From: a candidate division CPR2 bacterium GW2011_GWC2_39_10
GTDB taxonomy: Bacteria; Patescibacteriota; CPR2
Reading direction: 5' to 3'
Assembly (NCBI GenBank): GCA_000993275.1
Contig: LBVV01000006.1
Coordinates: forward strand, 24-64,023
Length of the DNA stretch: 64,000 nucleotides
Shown: positions 50,033 to 60,356 of the stretch, one piece after another
Numbering within the stretch: position 1 is the first letter of the stretch
Layout: each line of letters starts with the position of its first letter
Program-made: the position numbers and the translations under genes
Notes under the pieces: model-generated
Database searches by the model: none
What the model was told of the DNA's origin: nothing
What the model saw: the letters and a program-made list of their open reading frames with translations, nothing else

Positions 50033-50430
50033 TGAAAAAGGGAGTTGTAAAAAATAATAGATTTAGTGAAATTTTACTTTTTTCAGTTTTTATTGTAATA
50101 ATTGGACTCGTTATTGTTGCTGCTATTATGCGGCATAATTTTCAAAGTAAAAATGACATGAAGAAAATTGAGGAGCTAACCAAAATTCAAAACGCCCTAG
50201 AAAATTATTTTGATAACGAGAATGCGTATCCTGCCAGTTTAAGCTTGCTTGCTCCAAAATATATTGCCGCTATCCCGCCTAAAATAAATGATGACGACTG
50301 GATTTATTCGTCCATGTACAAAAACCAAAGCTACATCTTAAAAATTAATATGCAAGTTCTAACAGAACAAGAACCGAATATAATAAAAGAAGAGGATAAG
50401 CCGTATTATGTCCTATACGCCAAAAAATAA
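50032..50430 (+). CDS. Pilin-like (GspG-like) protein with a degenerate class III signal
   Basis: TM, IQNALENY...YPASL..L.PKY; lacks G|FxxxE. Confidence 0.65.
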   Translation: MKKGVVKNNRFSEILLFSVFIVIIGLVIVAAIMRHNFQSKNDMKKIEELTKIQNALENYFDNENAYPASLSLLAPKYIAAIPPKINDDDWIYSSMYKNQSYILKINMQVLTEQEPNIIKEEDKPYYVLYAKK

Positions 50431-50827
50431 GTCCAGTGCAGGAATGACTTTAATTGAAGTACTAATTTCTTTAACCATAACCTGTCTTCTTGCATTGGCA
50501 GTTCTGCCCTTATATTCCAAAGCTACATACATTAATAGGCTTTCTAACAAAAAAAATATTGCCGTTAACGCCGCCTTGTCTAAAATCGAAGAATTAAGAG
50601 CCGCCCCTTTTGCCAACCTTGAAGATTCCAATTTTTCCGTATCCGAAATAAATGGCTCCGGAGTAGTGGATATTAGCGACAAAGATTGGGACGGCAGCGG
50701 CACTATTAGCGACGCGGAAAGAGATTTAAAGAACATAAAAGTTACAGTAAGCTGGTCTGACGAAGGGATAAGTAAAGAAATTTCAATCCCGACAATAATT
50801 GCAAAAAGTGGAGTAAACAAGCAATGA
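50408..50827 (+). CDS. PilV-like minor pilin
   Basis: AGMTLIEV; KVTVSW. Confidence 0.85.
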   Translation: MSYTPKNKSSAGMTLIEVLISLTITCLLALAVLPLYSKATYINRLSNKKNIAVNAALSKIEELRAAPFANLEDSNFSVSEINGSGVVDISDKDWDGSGTISDAERDLKNIKVTVSWSDEGISKEISIPTIIAKSGVNKQ

Positions 50828-51405
50828 CATTAAAAAACCGCGGCTTTACATTAGTTGAATTACTTATAACACTGGCTATTATGAGCGTAATTGTTTTAAC
50901 TGTCAGTTCAATTTATATTAAAGTGGCCAAAATTAACAGAGAACAAGCTGAGCTACAAAGCTTACGCACATCTTGCAGGCTCCATACAAAGGAAATAAAT
51001 ACTTTAATACTGCAAGGTTTTCAGATAGAACAAGGACCGATCGTCATTAACGAAGTCAGCCATTCGTCTTCCTCTTCAAAAATTATAATTAGTTTAATTT
51101 CTTTGGATGCAAGCAATAATTACCGCTATCAGGTGGGGGACGTGCCTTATTTGGATTATGCAATTTACTGGACAAGCGGCGGGGATTTATACGAACAAAT
51201 TTATGCCGCTAATTCAGATCAAACCAAAAGAAAGACGGTTGCCGCCCATAAAATTGACAGCGGCGCCTCACTTGCCTTTACCTACACTCCAAGTTTAGCA
51301 TCAGCCAAATCCGTTACAACCAATCTCACTCTTTCAAGAGATATTCCGGGAAAAACATTATCGTCAAATTATGAACTAACGGCCATTATGAGGAATAAAG
51401 AATGA
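50824..51405 (+). CDS. PilW-like minor pilin
   Basis: RGFTLVEL. Confidence 0.85.
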   Translation: MTLKNRGFTLVELLITLAIMSVIVLTVSSIYIKVAKINREQAELQSLRTSCRLHTKEINTLILQGFQIEQGPIVINEVSHSSSSSKIIISLISLDASNNYRYQVGDVPYLDYAIYWTSGGDLYEQIYAANSDQTKRKTVAAHKIDSGASLAFTYTPSLASAKSVTTNLTLSRDIPGKTLSSNYELTAIMRNKE

Positions 51406-52568
51406 AAAATAAACGGGGCGCAATACTAATTTTGGTATTAATATTTTTAATCGTCTCCATTTCCATAGGTGTTTCTCTTACCTCACTGGTAATAAGGGGG
51501 CTTAAATCTACCCAGCAAACCTTCGACCAGCATTTGGCATATGAAGCCGCCGAAGCCGGCATAGAAAGAGCTATGTGGAATATAAATAATGGCGATAATG
51601 ACGATGTTACTCTTCAAAAAGTGGATGATGCAATAAATAGTGAATATGAAGTTACCGTAGATGACAGCGTTGCCAATACGAGAATACTTACTGCAATCGG
51701 ATACTCGCCGTCTAAAACAGCAACCAACAAGAAAACAAAAAGTATAAAAGTGACTGCCGTAACCGGAGGCGTAGGTATTGCCTTTAGATACGCCGTCCAA
51801 GTTGGCGCCAATGGAATTTCCATGGCTAATAACGCTGTTATTAACGGCAATGCCGTAACCGACGGCGACATAACCGGCAGTAACGGCTCAAAAATTATCG
51901 GGAGCGCCTGGGCTCACGGCACTATTCCTCCCAACCCAAGTCCCCCCGTAGTCACCCCTGTTCCGCCAAACGTAAAGTTGTCAAATCAGTCTTCAATTGC
52001 CCTGCCCGACGTTAATGTTTCCCATTGGAAAGAGGAAGCGGAAAGTGCCGGTGCTCCTTGTCCGTATTCGGGCCTAACTATTAGCACGCCAAGAAGTTTA
52101 GGCCCTTGTAAAATAAATGGAAATTTGATCGTTAACGCCGAACTAACTCTTACCGGTCCGTTATGGGTTACCGGTAATCTATCCACCGCAACAGATGGTG
52201 TCCATTTTAAACTGGATCCCGGTTTTGGTTCTGCCGGAACTGTCATTGTTGTCGATGGCACCATAACTTTAGGGAACAATGTTGTAGTAGAAGCCACCAG
52301 CTCCAGTCCTAAGGGCTATATCCTATTTTATACTGAAAGCAGTTCTTCCTCGGCCATTTTACTTGATAATAATGTAACCGGCGGCGTTTATTATACGGCA
52401 AATGGGATTATGACCGTAAATAATAATGTTCATCCCGTTTCGGTTGTTTGCAAAGGGCTATCCCTTTTAAACAACGCCCGGATAGATTACGACCAGGGCC
52501 TAGCCAGCGCCGAATTCCAAAGCGGCCCCTCGGGAGGTTGGGTAGTAAAAAGCTGGCAACTACTCTGA
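51402..52568 (+). CDS. PilX-like minor pilin with a beta-rich C-terminus
   Basis: RGAILIL, AYEAAEAGIERA, C-terminal SW. Confidence 0.85.
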   Translation: MKNKRGAILILVLIFLIVSISIGVSLTSLVIRGLKSTQQTFDQHLAYEAAEAGIERAMWNINNGDNDDVTLQKVDDAINSEYEVTVDDSVANTRILTAIGYSPSKTATNKKTKSIKVTAVTGGVGIAFRYAVQVGANGISMANNAVINGNAVTDGDITGSNGSKIIGSAWAHGTIPPNPSPPVVTPVPPNVKLSNQSSIALPDVNVSHWKEEAESAGAPCPYSGLTISTPRSLGPCKINGNLIVNAELTLTGPLWVTGNLSTATDGVHFKLDPGFGSAGTVIVVDGTITLGNNVVVEATSSSPKGYILFYTESSSSSAILLDNNVTGGVYYTANGIMTVNNNVHPVSVVCKGLSLLNNARIDYDQGLASAEFQSGPSGGWVVKSWQLL

Positions 52569-52610
52569 ATAATAAACAATTAGCAAATAGCAATAAACAA
52601 CTAAAAAAAT

Positions 52611-52730
52611 TCTTAGAATTAAGAATAATGAATTATGAATAAAGTATGGGAATGAAGAATAAGGAATAAAGAAAAGAAAACTATATTCTAAATTCTATAT
52701 TCCCATTCTTGGGGCTTTATACTATATTCT
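52611..52730. repeat. Inverted copy of the AT-rich element at 39911-40026
   Basis: ATTCTATATTCCCATTCTTGGGGCTTTATACTATATTCT is an exact reverse complement of the start of that element. Confidence 0.82.
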
Positions 52731-52791
52731 TTATTAATTTTTACTGTTCATTGTTTATTAGGCTTGTCCGTTTATTGTTTTTTGTTTATTA

Positions 52792-53883
52792 TTGATACAG
52801 GAGGGTATTTCTATAAAAGTTGATCTATTTTATAAAGAACATAAACCAACCCTCGGGCTTGACATTGGCGCAACCTCTATTAAAGTTGTTCAACTTAAAA
52901 AATCCGGCCGCAATACAAAACTGGTTGGTTATGGCAATATAGGACTTCCCGGCGGATGTATATCCGAAGGCATTATTTATGATCCGGAAACCGTCGCTAA
53001 ATATATTAAAAAGCTGCTGGAAGAACCTAAATACGGAAAATTTAAAGCGAAAAGAGTCAATTCCGCAATTCCCGAATCCTATATCTTTACCCGAGTGCTG
53101 GAATTACCGGAAATGACCTACGACGACATGGAGCAGGCCATTATTTGGGACGCTGAGCAATATATCCCAATTGCTTTGTCCGATCTATATATAGATTTCG
53201 AAGTTTTGGGTCCGGCCTTAAGCGCCAAGGAAGGCTACAACGATGTTGCTTTAGTTGCCGCTCCAAAAGCAATCGTCGATTCTTACATGAAAATGTTTGA
53301 TCTCTTAAGCCTCGAGGTAGGCATATTAGAAACCAATCTTTCGTCAATCGCCAGAGCGGTTATATCTCAAAAAGAAATTAATGAAACCATAGTTCTTGCC
53401 GATATTGGCGGAGAAAGAACCAATATGGCAATTTTTGACAGAGCCATTAGGGTAACCGGAAGCTTGCCTAGAGGCGGTGTTGATTTCACCAGGGCAATTG
53501 CCGAAAAATGTAAAATCAATATATTGGAAGCGGAAGAAACAAAAAACCAAGATGGTTTGCCGGCAAAGGGCGGTAAAGCCAAAGAAGCAATGGAACCAAT
53601 TTTATTGGAAATTGTCAGAGATATTAAAAAAATAATTGCTTATTACGAAGAAAAAAGCGGCGGCAATAAAAAAAATCTTGTCTCTAAGTTAATTATTTGC
53701 GGCGGAAACGCCTCTGTTCCGGGGCTAACGGAATATTTGGAAAAGGCAATTAACCTAAAAACCTTAATGGGTAATCCTTGGGCCAATATTTCTATCTATC
53801 CCTTAAAACCGGTACCAAAACTCGAAGCTCCCATGTATACGGCAGCCATTGGCCTTGCCCTAAAAGGAAATATCTATGCTTGA
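52792..53883 (+). CDS. pilM: Type IV pilus actin-like protein (second copy; start uncertain)
   Basis: GLDIGATSIK, DIGG, ICGGNA, GNPW, AIGLAL. Confidence 0.92.
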   Translation: MIQEGISIKVDLFYKEHKPTLGLDIGATSIKVVQLKKSGRNTKLVGYGNIGLPGGCISEGIIYDPETVAKYIKKLLEEPKYGKFKAKRVNSAIPESYIFTRVLELPEMTYDDMEQAIIWDAEQYIPIALSDLYIDFEVLGPALSAKEGYNDVALVAAPKAIVDSYMKMFDLLSLEVGILETNLSSIARAVISQKEINETIVLADIGGERTNMAIFDRAIRVTGSLPRGGVDFTRAIAEKCKINILEAEETKNQDGLPAKGGKAKEAMEPILLEIVRDIKKIIAYYEEKSGGNKKNLVSKLIICGGNASVPGLTEYLEKAINLKTLMGNPWANISIYPLKPVPKLEAPMYTAAIGLALKGNIYA

Positions 53884-54472
53884 TATAAATCTTATTCCCA
53901 CAGACTATAAAAAACAAATTATTTTTGCCAGGGACAACCGGCAAAAAGTAAAAATGCTGAATTTAAGTTTACTGCTCCTAGTTTTAAGCGCCGGCCTATA
54001 CTTATCCGGCAATAATTACTTTGATATTAAAACAGAAGAAAAAACCATTGAAATCGCTAAAATTGATCCGTCAATCAACAAATTAAAACCGATAGAAAAA
54101 AAATATAAAGCGCTAAATTCTCGCGTTGAAGTTCTAAAAACAATTGTTAAGAGTCATCTTTATTGGACAGAAATTAGAGATGAAATAATTAGCGTTTTAC
54201 CTGAAAATACCGTAGTTCAAGGATTAATTCTTAACTCCGATCCCAAAAAGGGGCAACAGATAACCGGTAAGTCCAAAGACTTGGAAACCATTGCTAAGTA
54301 TAGAAACAATTTGGAAAACTTGCCCTCGGTAAAAGACGTCAAAATAAATAGCGCCAAGCTAAGCGAAAACCTAGATTCCACCGATACTTCCGGTGGCCAA
54401 GCGTATGATTATAAACTTTCCTTTACACTTGACGGAGCGGCCTTTAATAGCACAGGCGGAGAACAAAAATGA
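53876..54472 (+). CDS. pilN: PilN-like protein
   Basis: DINLIP motif, TM, coiled coil. Confidence 0.82.
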   Translation: MLDINLIPTDYKKQIIFARDNRQKVKMLNLSLLLLVLSAGLYLSGNNYFDIKTEEKTIEIAKIDPSINKLKPIEKKYKALNSRVEVLKTIVKSHLYWTEIRDEIISVLPENTVVQGLILNSDPKKGQQITGKSKDLETIAKYRNNLENLPSVKDVKINSAKLSENLDSTDTSGGQAYDYKLSFTLDGAAFNSTGGEQK

Positions 54473-55026
54473 ATGCCGGAAAATTAAACAATTTGCTAAA
54501 ATATCTCATTTACGGCAGTTTGGCGCTAGCCTTAGGCATTACCCTTTTTTCCGGTTACCTGTTTTACCTGAAAGGAAATGAATACTTCGACTTGCAATTG
54601 GATCTTAAGGACAAACAAAACCAAAAAGAATATCTGGAAGCAGTTGAGAAAGTATATAGCGAGGACTCAAAAAGCGAAAGTAAAATTCTGGAAGCCTTGC
54701 CAACATCTAAAGCGGTATCCGACTTTTTAACTAGCATTGCTTCTTATGCAACAAGCGTTGGTGCGACTATTGAAAATATCGAATTCCCGGAAAGCTCAAG
54801 TAAGACCGACAAAATTACTAATTTTCAAACGAAAATGAAAATGAATGCCGAAAGCGTTGACCCGATTATTAAAGTTTTAGGAATGCTTGAATATAATAGG
54901 CGCCTAGTTGATATTATAGACATTAGTATCGCTTACGACAAAACCCAAGAAACTGCACCATATTCGGCCAATATAACATTAAAGGCATATTACAAAAGCG
55001 ACGTAACAAATGAAACTAAAAAATAA
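54469..55026 (+). CDS. pilO: PilO-like protein
   Basis: TM, coiled coil, EALP, LEYNRRLVDI. Confidence 0.78.
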   Translation: MNAGKLNNLLKYLIYGSLALALGITLFSGYLFYLKGNEYFDLQLDLKDKQNQKEYLEAVEKVYSEDSKSESKILEALPTSKAVSDFLTSIASYATSVGATIENIEFPESSSKTDKITNFQTKMKMNAESVDPIIKVLGMLEYNRRLVDIIDISIAYDKTQETAPYSANITLKAYYKSDVTNETKK

Positions 55027-55204
55027 CAAATTTCAATTTCAACCGATCAAATTTTTTTCTACCGCAATTTTAGCATTATTGTTTTTAGTTTTCTTGGAAT
55101 TAGTTTATTTAGGTTTTTTCTATAAACCGGCCGATCTGGAGAAAAAAGCTGACCCGAAAAGCAATAAGGAATTTTTAGAAACTCTGGAAAAATTTAATTA
55201 CTAA
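55010..55204 (+). CDS. Small single-TM pilus accessory protein
   Basis: Overlaps the pilO end; one TM. Confidence 0.55.
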   Translation: MKLKNNKFQFQPIKFFSTAILALLFLVFLELVYLGFFYKPADLEKKADPKSNKEFLETLEKFNY

Positions 55205-57029
55205 GGGTTTTTATTTTATAATATATTCTTATGATTTGTCTAATCCCAACCGCTGACCAAAGCTGAAGTTTGCTCATCTGGGCCTCAATCCCCTCTTGAG
55301 TATCGTAAAAAGCCGGACGATCCAAGTCTTTATTATAATAATATAATTCCGGCATCCCTTTTAAAATTGCAACAGCCGAAAAAATGTTCTCGGAGGTTAC
55401 CACAATTGCTTTTTTTATTATTTTTAAGTTTTTCTCTTCCCAGTTTTCGCTTATCCCCTTTTCGTACATTCTGTAAAGACCCATAACCGCAAAGGCGACT
55501 TGTTTTATCCAAATAACCTCGCCATGATATTCTTTGGTGGAATAACCGCTCCTATGATCAACCAACGTCGGACCGGCGGGAGTATAAAAATATTTCTTAG
55601 AAATCATTTTCTTTGCAAAATCAACCGCTTTTTTTTCGTTCCCATCCAGATAAACAAAATAAAAAGATTCATCCAAGTGATTAACCTTAAGTTGCTTGTA
55701 ATTTAAATATTCTCCTTTGTCTTGAACATTAAAAATTGCAAGGGCCAAGCCATCCATTTTGTCTTTATTTTCAAATTTAAAGCGCCTATAGTTGCCCTCC
55801 CATTTGGCAATTAACTCATCTATATCGGGAATTTTTAAATTTAAATCTTCCTTATGTTTACTAAGAAGTTTGAGTGCAGCCGGCATATAAACAACGTTAA
55901 CATCAAACGGAGCAATTGGCGCAGTAGCGCCTGAATAGGCAGAAGCCGAATCCCGCCAATTCCCTGCTTGCCAAAATTCATCTTCTAAAAAAAGCTTCTC
56001 TTTTTCGGTTTTCTTTTTAAAAGTGATGACTTTTTTATTCCTGGCCTCCCTTAAGACATAATTTGCAACTTGACAGAGTTTATCTTTGTTTTCCTCAATA
56101 AATTCCTCTGAAACCGCGCGAAGTCCTAAAATATACCTTGGCTCGATATCAATCATGTGGCGCGTAATGTTTTTTGCATTAGCCTGAAGTGTCTCGTGCA
56201 AATACTCGCCAATAACATCCTCATGCCAACCCTTTCCTTTTTTTGTTACAAACTTTAATGCTTGTTTGTACATATAATCTATAATTTCTTGCGGCAAGTC
56301 CCCTTCCCCTAAATCCGCCGCCTCCATCCAGTCCCTGGGAAAAATCGTTCCATATTCAAAGCCGCTTGTTTTATCATAAGTAATAAGATGCTCGACTTCC
56401 TTTTCGGATCTGTCTAAAATATTTCTAATAAGCTGCCTTCGTCCCTCAAATATCCCTAAGTCTGTAATTGCCGCCGGCATTATCTTATCCACGCGCCTTC
56501 GCGTAAGTCTATCGGATTCCGCAATTATTTTTAGAGAAACCATATTATTTTCTGAATCATTAAGAATAAAGCCGCGCCGTTTTTCGTCCCTTTTAAAACT
56601 CATACTTTTTTGAAATAATAAGGCAACGCCATACCAATGATTTCCGTAACGGCGACGATAAAAAATTTTGCGGTCATCTCCTATTTCTTCCGCAAATATA
56701 TAATTCGGCTCTAAATCCGGATATAAATTTACAATCTCTTTATAGTTCTTTCTTTTTTCGTAAGATTCTTCCGTAAGCTTGCGAACGCGGCGAATATTTC
56801 TTACAACAGGATCATGAAACAAAAAATTATTTTTTAAAATATTTATTTCTACGTTTAAGCGGCCTCTTTTTAAGGACACCGATTTTATCTCGAGGTCTTT
56901 TTTATAAAGATCAACTAAGCCCAAAAAAAGATGATTACCGGGGCCGACAATTCTGAGTTGTTCAAATGAGTCAAAATCCATATAGTAAGGACCTTCAATC
57001 CAAAAATTAGATGCTTCCTGTCCCACCAT
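55194..57029 (-). CDS. Six-hairpin glycosidase-like (amylo-alpha-1,6-glucosidase/GDE-like) protein
   Basis: IFPRD, NWRDS, YHGEVIW, MPELY, QLWS; ATG at 57029 follows a G-rich RBS. Confidence 0.65.
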   Translation of the reverse strand: MVGQEASNFWIEGPYYMDFDSFEQLRIVGPGNHLFLGLVDLYKKDLEIKSVSLKRGRLNVEINILKNNFLFHDPVVRNIRRVRKLTEESYEKRKNYKEIVNLYPDLEPNYIFAEEIGDDRKIFYRRRYGNHWYGVALLFQKSMSFKRDEKRRGFILNDSENNMVSLKIIAESDRLTRRRVDKIMPAAITDLGIFEGRRQLIRNILDRSEKEVEHLITYDKTSGFEYGTIFPRDWMEAADLGEGDLPQEIIDYMYKQALKFVTKKGKGWHEDVIGEYLHETLQANAKNITRHMIDIEPRYILGLRAVSEEFIEENKDKLCQVANYVLREARNKKVITFKKKTEKEKLFLEDEFWQAGNWRDSASAYSGATAPIAPFDVNVVYMPAALKLLSKHKEDLNLKIPDIDELIAKWEGNYRRFKFENKDKMDGLALAIFNVQDKGEYLNYKQLKVNHLDESFYFVYLDGNEKKAVDFAKKMISKKYFYTPAGPTLVDHRSGYSTKEYHGEVIWIKQVAFAVMGLYRMYEKGISENWEEKNLKIIKKAIVVTSENIFSAVAILKGMPELYYYNKDLDRPAFYDTQEGIEAQMSKLQLWSAVGIRQIIRIYYKIKTLSN

Positions 57030-57576
57030 TCCCCCTTTCCTGTTGTAAATTAATTTTTGACTCAAATTTTTCGATATATGAAAATGAACAACCGCAAAAT
57101 TTTTGGAGATAAAGGCCGGAATGAAAAGCCATTTCCCTACCCTCTTTAAAACCCTCTCTAAAATCCGAATCATGAAATGTCAAATCATATCTTTTAGCAA
57201 TTTTTTTTCCGATTTCTTGAATCTTCTTAATATCCTGATACGGGCTAACAAGCAAAGTTGTCGAAAAATTTCCTATTTCCAACTCCTTAGCCTTTTTGCC
57301 GGTTTCCTCTAAACGAAGCGTGTAACAAGCTTCGCATCGATTTTTTCTATTTTTTATTACCCCAAAATATACTTTAGGATCATATTTACCCTCAATAAAT
57401 AGGAATTTTAGCTTATTTGCCGTAACTATAGCATTTTCTCTTCTTTTTTCGTATTCTGCCTGCGGATGAATGTTGCTGTTTGAATAAAAACAAATAACGT
57501 CAAAACTGGACCTCAGTTTTTTTGCCGGATATAAAAGGCATGGCCCGCAACATGTATGTAAAAGTATTTTCTCCAC
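57007..57576 (-). CDS. queH: Epoxyqueuosine reductase (DUF208)
   Basis: LLHTCCGPC, NIHP..EY.KR, CEACY..RL, QKFCGC. Confidence 0.9.
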   Translation of the reverse strand: MEKILLHTCCGPCLLYPAKKLRSSFDVICFYSNSNIHPQAEYEKRRENAIVTANKLKFLFIEGKYDPKVYFGVIKNRKNRCEACYTLRLEETGKKAKELEIGNFSTTLLVSPYQDIKKIQEIGKKIAKRYDLTFHDSDFREGFKEGREMAFHSGLYLQKFCGCSFSYIEKFESKINLQQERGNGGTGSI

Positions 57577-57645
57577 AGTGATTAATTATATTATTAAATA
57601 GCATTTTTTCAACATGTTTTTTGTACCCAGAAAAGACCATAATCC

Positions 57646-57767
57646 GTAACTGCTCACAACCCTGCGTCTTTGCGAGTGAAACGAAGCAATCTCCTCTGCT
57701 TGAAACAAGATTGTCGCACTCTCCGGCGGCTGCCGGATCGTTCGCAATGACGATTGTGAGCAGGTAC
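57646..57767. repeat. Intergenic copy of the GTCTTTGCGAG...CGCAATGAC palindromic element
   Basis: Matches 30614-30702; GTAACTGCTCACAA / TTGTGAGCAGGTAC outer arms. Confidence 0.88.
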
Positions 57768-57782
57768 CATGATCCTTTTTCC

Positions 57783-58793
57783 TTATAAAAGTTTATTTTG
57801 TCCGGAATTAGGCAAATTTAGATGCTGATAGGCCGCCGTGGTGGCTTTTCTCCCCCTTGAAGTTCTTTCTAGAAAACCTATCTGCATTAGAAAGGGTTCA
57901 TAAACTTCTTCTATGGTATCTTTTTCTTCGGAAGTTGATGCCGCAAGCGTGTTAAGCCCTACCGGCCCGCCGCCAAATTTTTCGATTATAGCCGTTAAAA
58001 TATTACGGTCTGTTTTATCAAGCCCCAATTTATCAACGGCTAACAAATCCATAGCCTTTAAAACATCCTCAAAGCCAATTGTTCCGTCTCCTTTCACCTC
58101 GGCATAATCCCGAACCCGTTTTAGAAGACGGTTAGCAATTCGGGGTGTTCGCCTTGCCCTCTTCGACAGTTCCTCCAAAGCGTCAGTCTTTATTTTGACG
58201 TTTAAAATGTTGGAAGATCTTTTGACAATATGTGAAATTTCTTCCGGTTCGTAATAATCCAGCCTATGTGTTAAACCAAATCTGTCCCTTAAAGGCGCCG
58301 ACAAAAGTCCGGCCCTGGTTGTTGCTCCTATAATTGTAAACTTCGGCAGATCAATTCTAATTGATTTTGCCCCGGGGCCTTTACCTATCATAATATCCAA
58401 AGCATAATCTTCCATGGCCGAATATAAAACTTCCTCAACAATTCTATTTAAACGGTGAATTTCATCAATAAACAAAATCTCGCCCTCGGTAAGATTAGTA
58501 AGAATAGAGGCCAAATCCCCCGCCCTTTCTATGGCCGGTCCGCTTGTAATTTTTATGCTGCTGCCAACTTCAAGGGCAATAATATTAGCTAGGGTAGTTT
58601 TTCCAAGCCCCGGTGGCCCATACAGCAATATATGGTCCAACACATCGCCCCTTTTTTTGTGCGCCGCGATGCTGATGTTTAAATTCTCTTTAATACTATT
58701 TTGACCGACAAAATCGGCAAATTTTTTCGGCCTTAAAGTAACCTCAAATTCATCATCTTTTTCTTCTACTAGATTGTTAGTGATTTCTCGCAT
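57783..58793 (-). CDS. ruvB: Holliday junction helicase
   Basis: [35 protein letters not shown]. Confidence 0.97.
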   Translation of the reverse strand: MREITNNLVEEKDDEFEVTLRPKKFADFVGQNSIKENLNISIAAHKKRGDVLDHILLYGPPGLGKTTLANIIALEVGSSIKITSGPAIERAGDLASILTNLTEGEILFIDEIHRLNRIVEEVLYSAMEDYALDIMIGKGPGAKSIRIDLPKFTIIGATTRAGLLSAPLRDRFGLTHRLDYYEPEEISHIVKRSSNILNVKIKTDALEELSKRARRTPRIANRLLKRVRDYAEVKGDGTIGFEDVLKAMDLLAVDKLGLDKTDRNILTAIIEKFGGGPVGLNTLAASTSEEKDTIEEVYEPFLMQIGFLERTSRGRKATTAAYQHLNLPNSGQNKLL

Positions 58794-58862
58794 GCATTCC
58801 TCATATAAATATATTTATTATTGTGGAGGAGAATAAACAATAAGCAATAAACAATGAACGAA

Positions 58863-59219
58863 TTAAAAATTTGTCTTCTCCTTAACTTTGCCAATCAGAA
58901 CCCACAAGATTTTTCCTATTTCGTCAGCAAGCGCTATAGACTCCTTATAATCCTTTTCGCTTAAATATCCTTCTTCAAAAGAAAAGCTAAGCAAGTATTT
59001 AGTTTCTTTTAAAGAACCATAAGAAATTAACAAAAATTGCTTATAACTTTTGTCGCTTTGTCTGGCATAGCCCTCAACAATATTTAAGGGAACCGATAAT
59101 ACTGCTCTTCTTAGTTGCGAAATTACTCCATAAACTTCTTCTTTAGGAAAGACTCTAGTAATTTTGTAAACTAAATGTGCAAGTTCATTAGATTTTTCAT
59201 ACAATGGATTTTTATTCAT
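58863..59219 (-). CDS. Four-helix-bundle protein (23S rRNA IVP / Avd-like fold)
   Basis: FPKEEVYG..SQLRRA..SVPLNIVEG, GSLKE. Confidence 0.9.
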   Translation of the reverse strand: MNKNPLYEKSNELAHLVYKITRVFPKEEVYGVISQLRRAVLSVPLNIVEGYARQSDKSYKQFLLISYGSLKETKYLLSFSFEEGYLSEKDYKESIALADEIGKILWVLIGKVKEKTNF

Positions 59220-59275
59220 AATCGCACCCCCACTTCTTGCTTATTGTTTCTTGTTTACTGTTTCTTGCTTCTTGC

Positions 59276-59830
59276 TTATTGTTTCTTGTTTATTGCCCTC
59301 AACGCTTGCTTCACTCTCTCTTCAACTGAAAGATCTCCCGAAACATTCCTAAGCGCCGCATCTGCTTCCCGCGCCAAGTAGCCAAGACCAATTAAAGCAT
59401 CATGAGCATCGTCAGCTTTTCTTTCGCCTATCCTCTCTAACTTTCCGGATAATTCCAGAACTAATCTTTCGGCCGTTTTTTTACCGACTCCCGGAACACT
59501 CACTATTTCCTCCGGCCTTCCCTCTTCAATACTCTTTTTTAATTTATCGGCACCCAATGACGACAAAATAGAAAGTCCCGCTTTTGGGCCAATACCGGAA
59601 ACCGCAATAATTTTTTCAAATAAAAATAACTCTTCTTCGTTATCAAAACCAAAAAGAGATAAATTGTCTTCTCTCACCTGCAAATAAGTATAAAGATTGA
59701 TTTCTTTGCCTACAGATGCTCGCCCGAAAACACTTGCCGAAATATTCACCTTGAAACCAATGCCCGAAACGAGCACCGTAAGGTAAGAATCTTTTTTTAA
59801 AATAACTTCGCCCGATAAAAAATTAATCAT
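59276..59830 (-). CDS. ruvA: Holliday junction DNA-binding subunit
   Basis: VRED, VSGIGPK, VPGVGKKTAERLVLEL. Confidence 0.96.
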   Translation of the reverse strand: MINFLSGEVILKKDSYLTVLVSGIGFKVNISASVFGRASVGKEINLYTYLQVREDNLSLFGFDNEEELFLFEKIIAVSGIGPKAGLSILSSLGADKLKKSIEEGRPEEIVSVPGVGKKTAERLVLELSGKLERIGERKADDAHDALIGLGYLAREADAALRNVSGDLSVEERVKQALRAINKKQ

Positions 59831-59952
59831 CCTGTCTCTCCTAGCAAGATCATTTTAGGTCAAGATAATTAAAATAGCAATTGGAAACAATAAGCAAGGA
59901 ACGAATAACAATAAACAAAAAAACTCAAACTGTCTTAGAACTACCCCCTACT

Positions 59953-60248
59953 GTCATTCCGGCCATATGGCTCGTCCAGACGGATCCATGGGGATATAAA
60001 ATCCATAACCACGAGAAATGGCTTTACGAATGGATTCCTGGTCAAGCCAGGAATGACAAATTAAGAAGGTTGCGAGTTTTCGGTCAGCCTTAAGGTGTAA
60101 ATGCTCACAACTTGTCATTCCCGCGGAGGCGGGAATCCAGTAAGCTCATTGCACCGGATCCCCGGGTCCCGCCTGCCCAAAAAGCGTCATTAGACCGCTT
60201 TTTGGGCTCAAAAAGCTACAGAACGGGCAGGCAAGCCCGAGGATGACA
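59953..60248. repeat. Two tandem GTCATTCC...GGA(A)TGAC hairpin elements with nested inserts
   Basis: About 59953-60056 and 60114-60247; insert GGCTCGTCCAGACGGATCC is related to about 45466-45483. Confidence 0.75.
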
Positions 60249-60356
60249 AAAATATAGTTTTCGGACAGTCCATGTATTTCGCATTTTGTTCATTAATCAT
60301 CATAATTATTAATATTAAAATGCGAAATACGTGACAGCCCGAAGGGGCGGATGGAT

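Noticed and set aside
57030-57173. N-terminal extension of the glycosidase-like ORF overlapping queH
   Set aside because: An ATG at 57029 with a good RBS removes most of the overlap.
58863-59219. True DGR Avd gene
   Set aside because: It is not adjacent to an RT or TR, and its motifs fit the general four-helix-bundle family.
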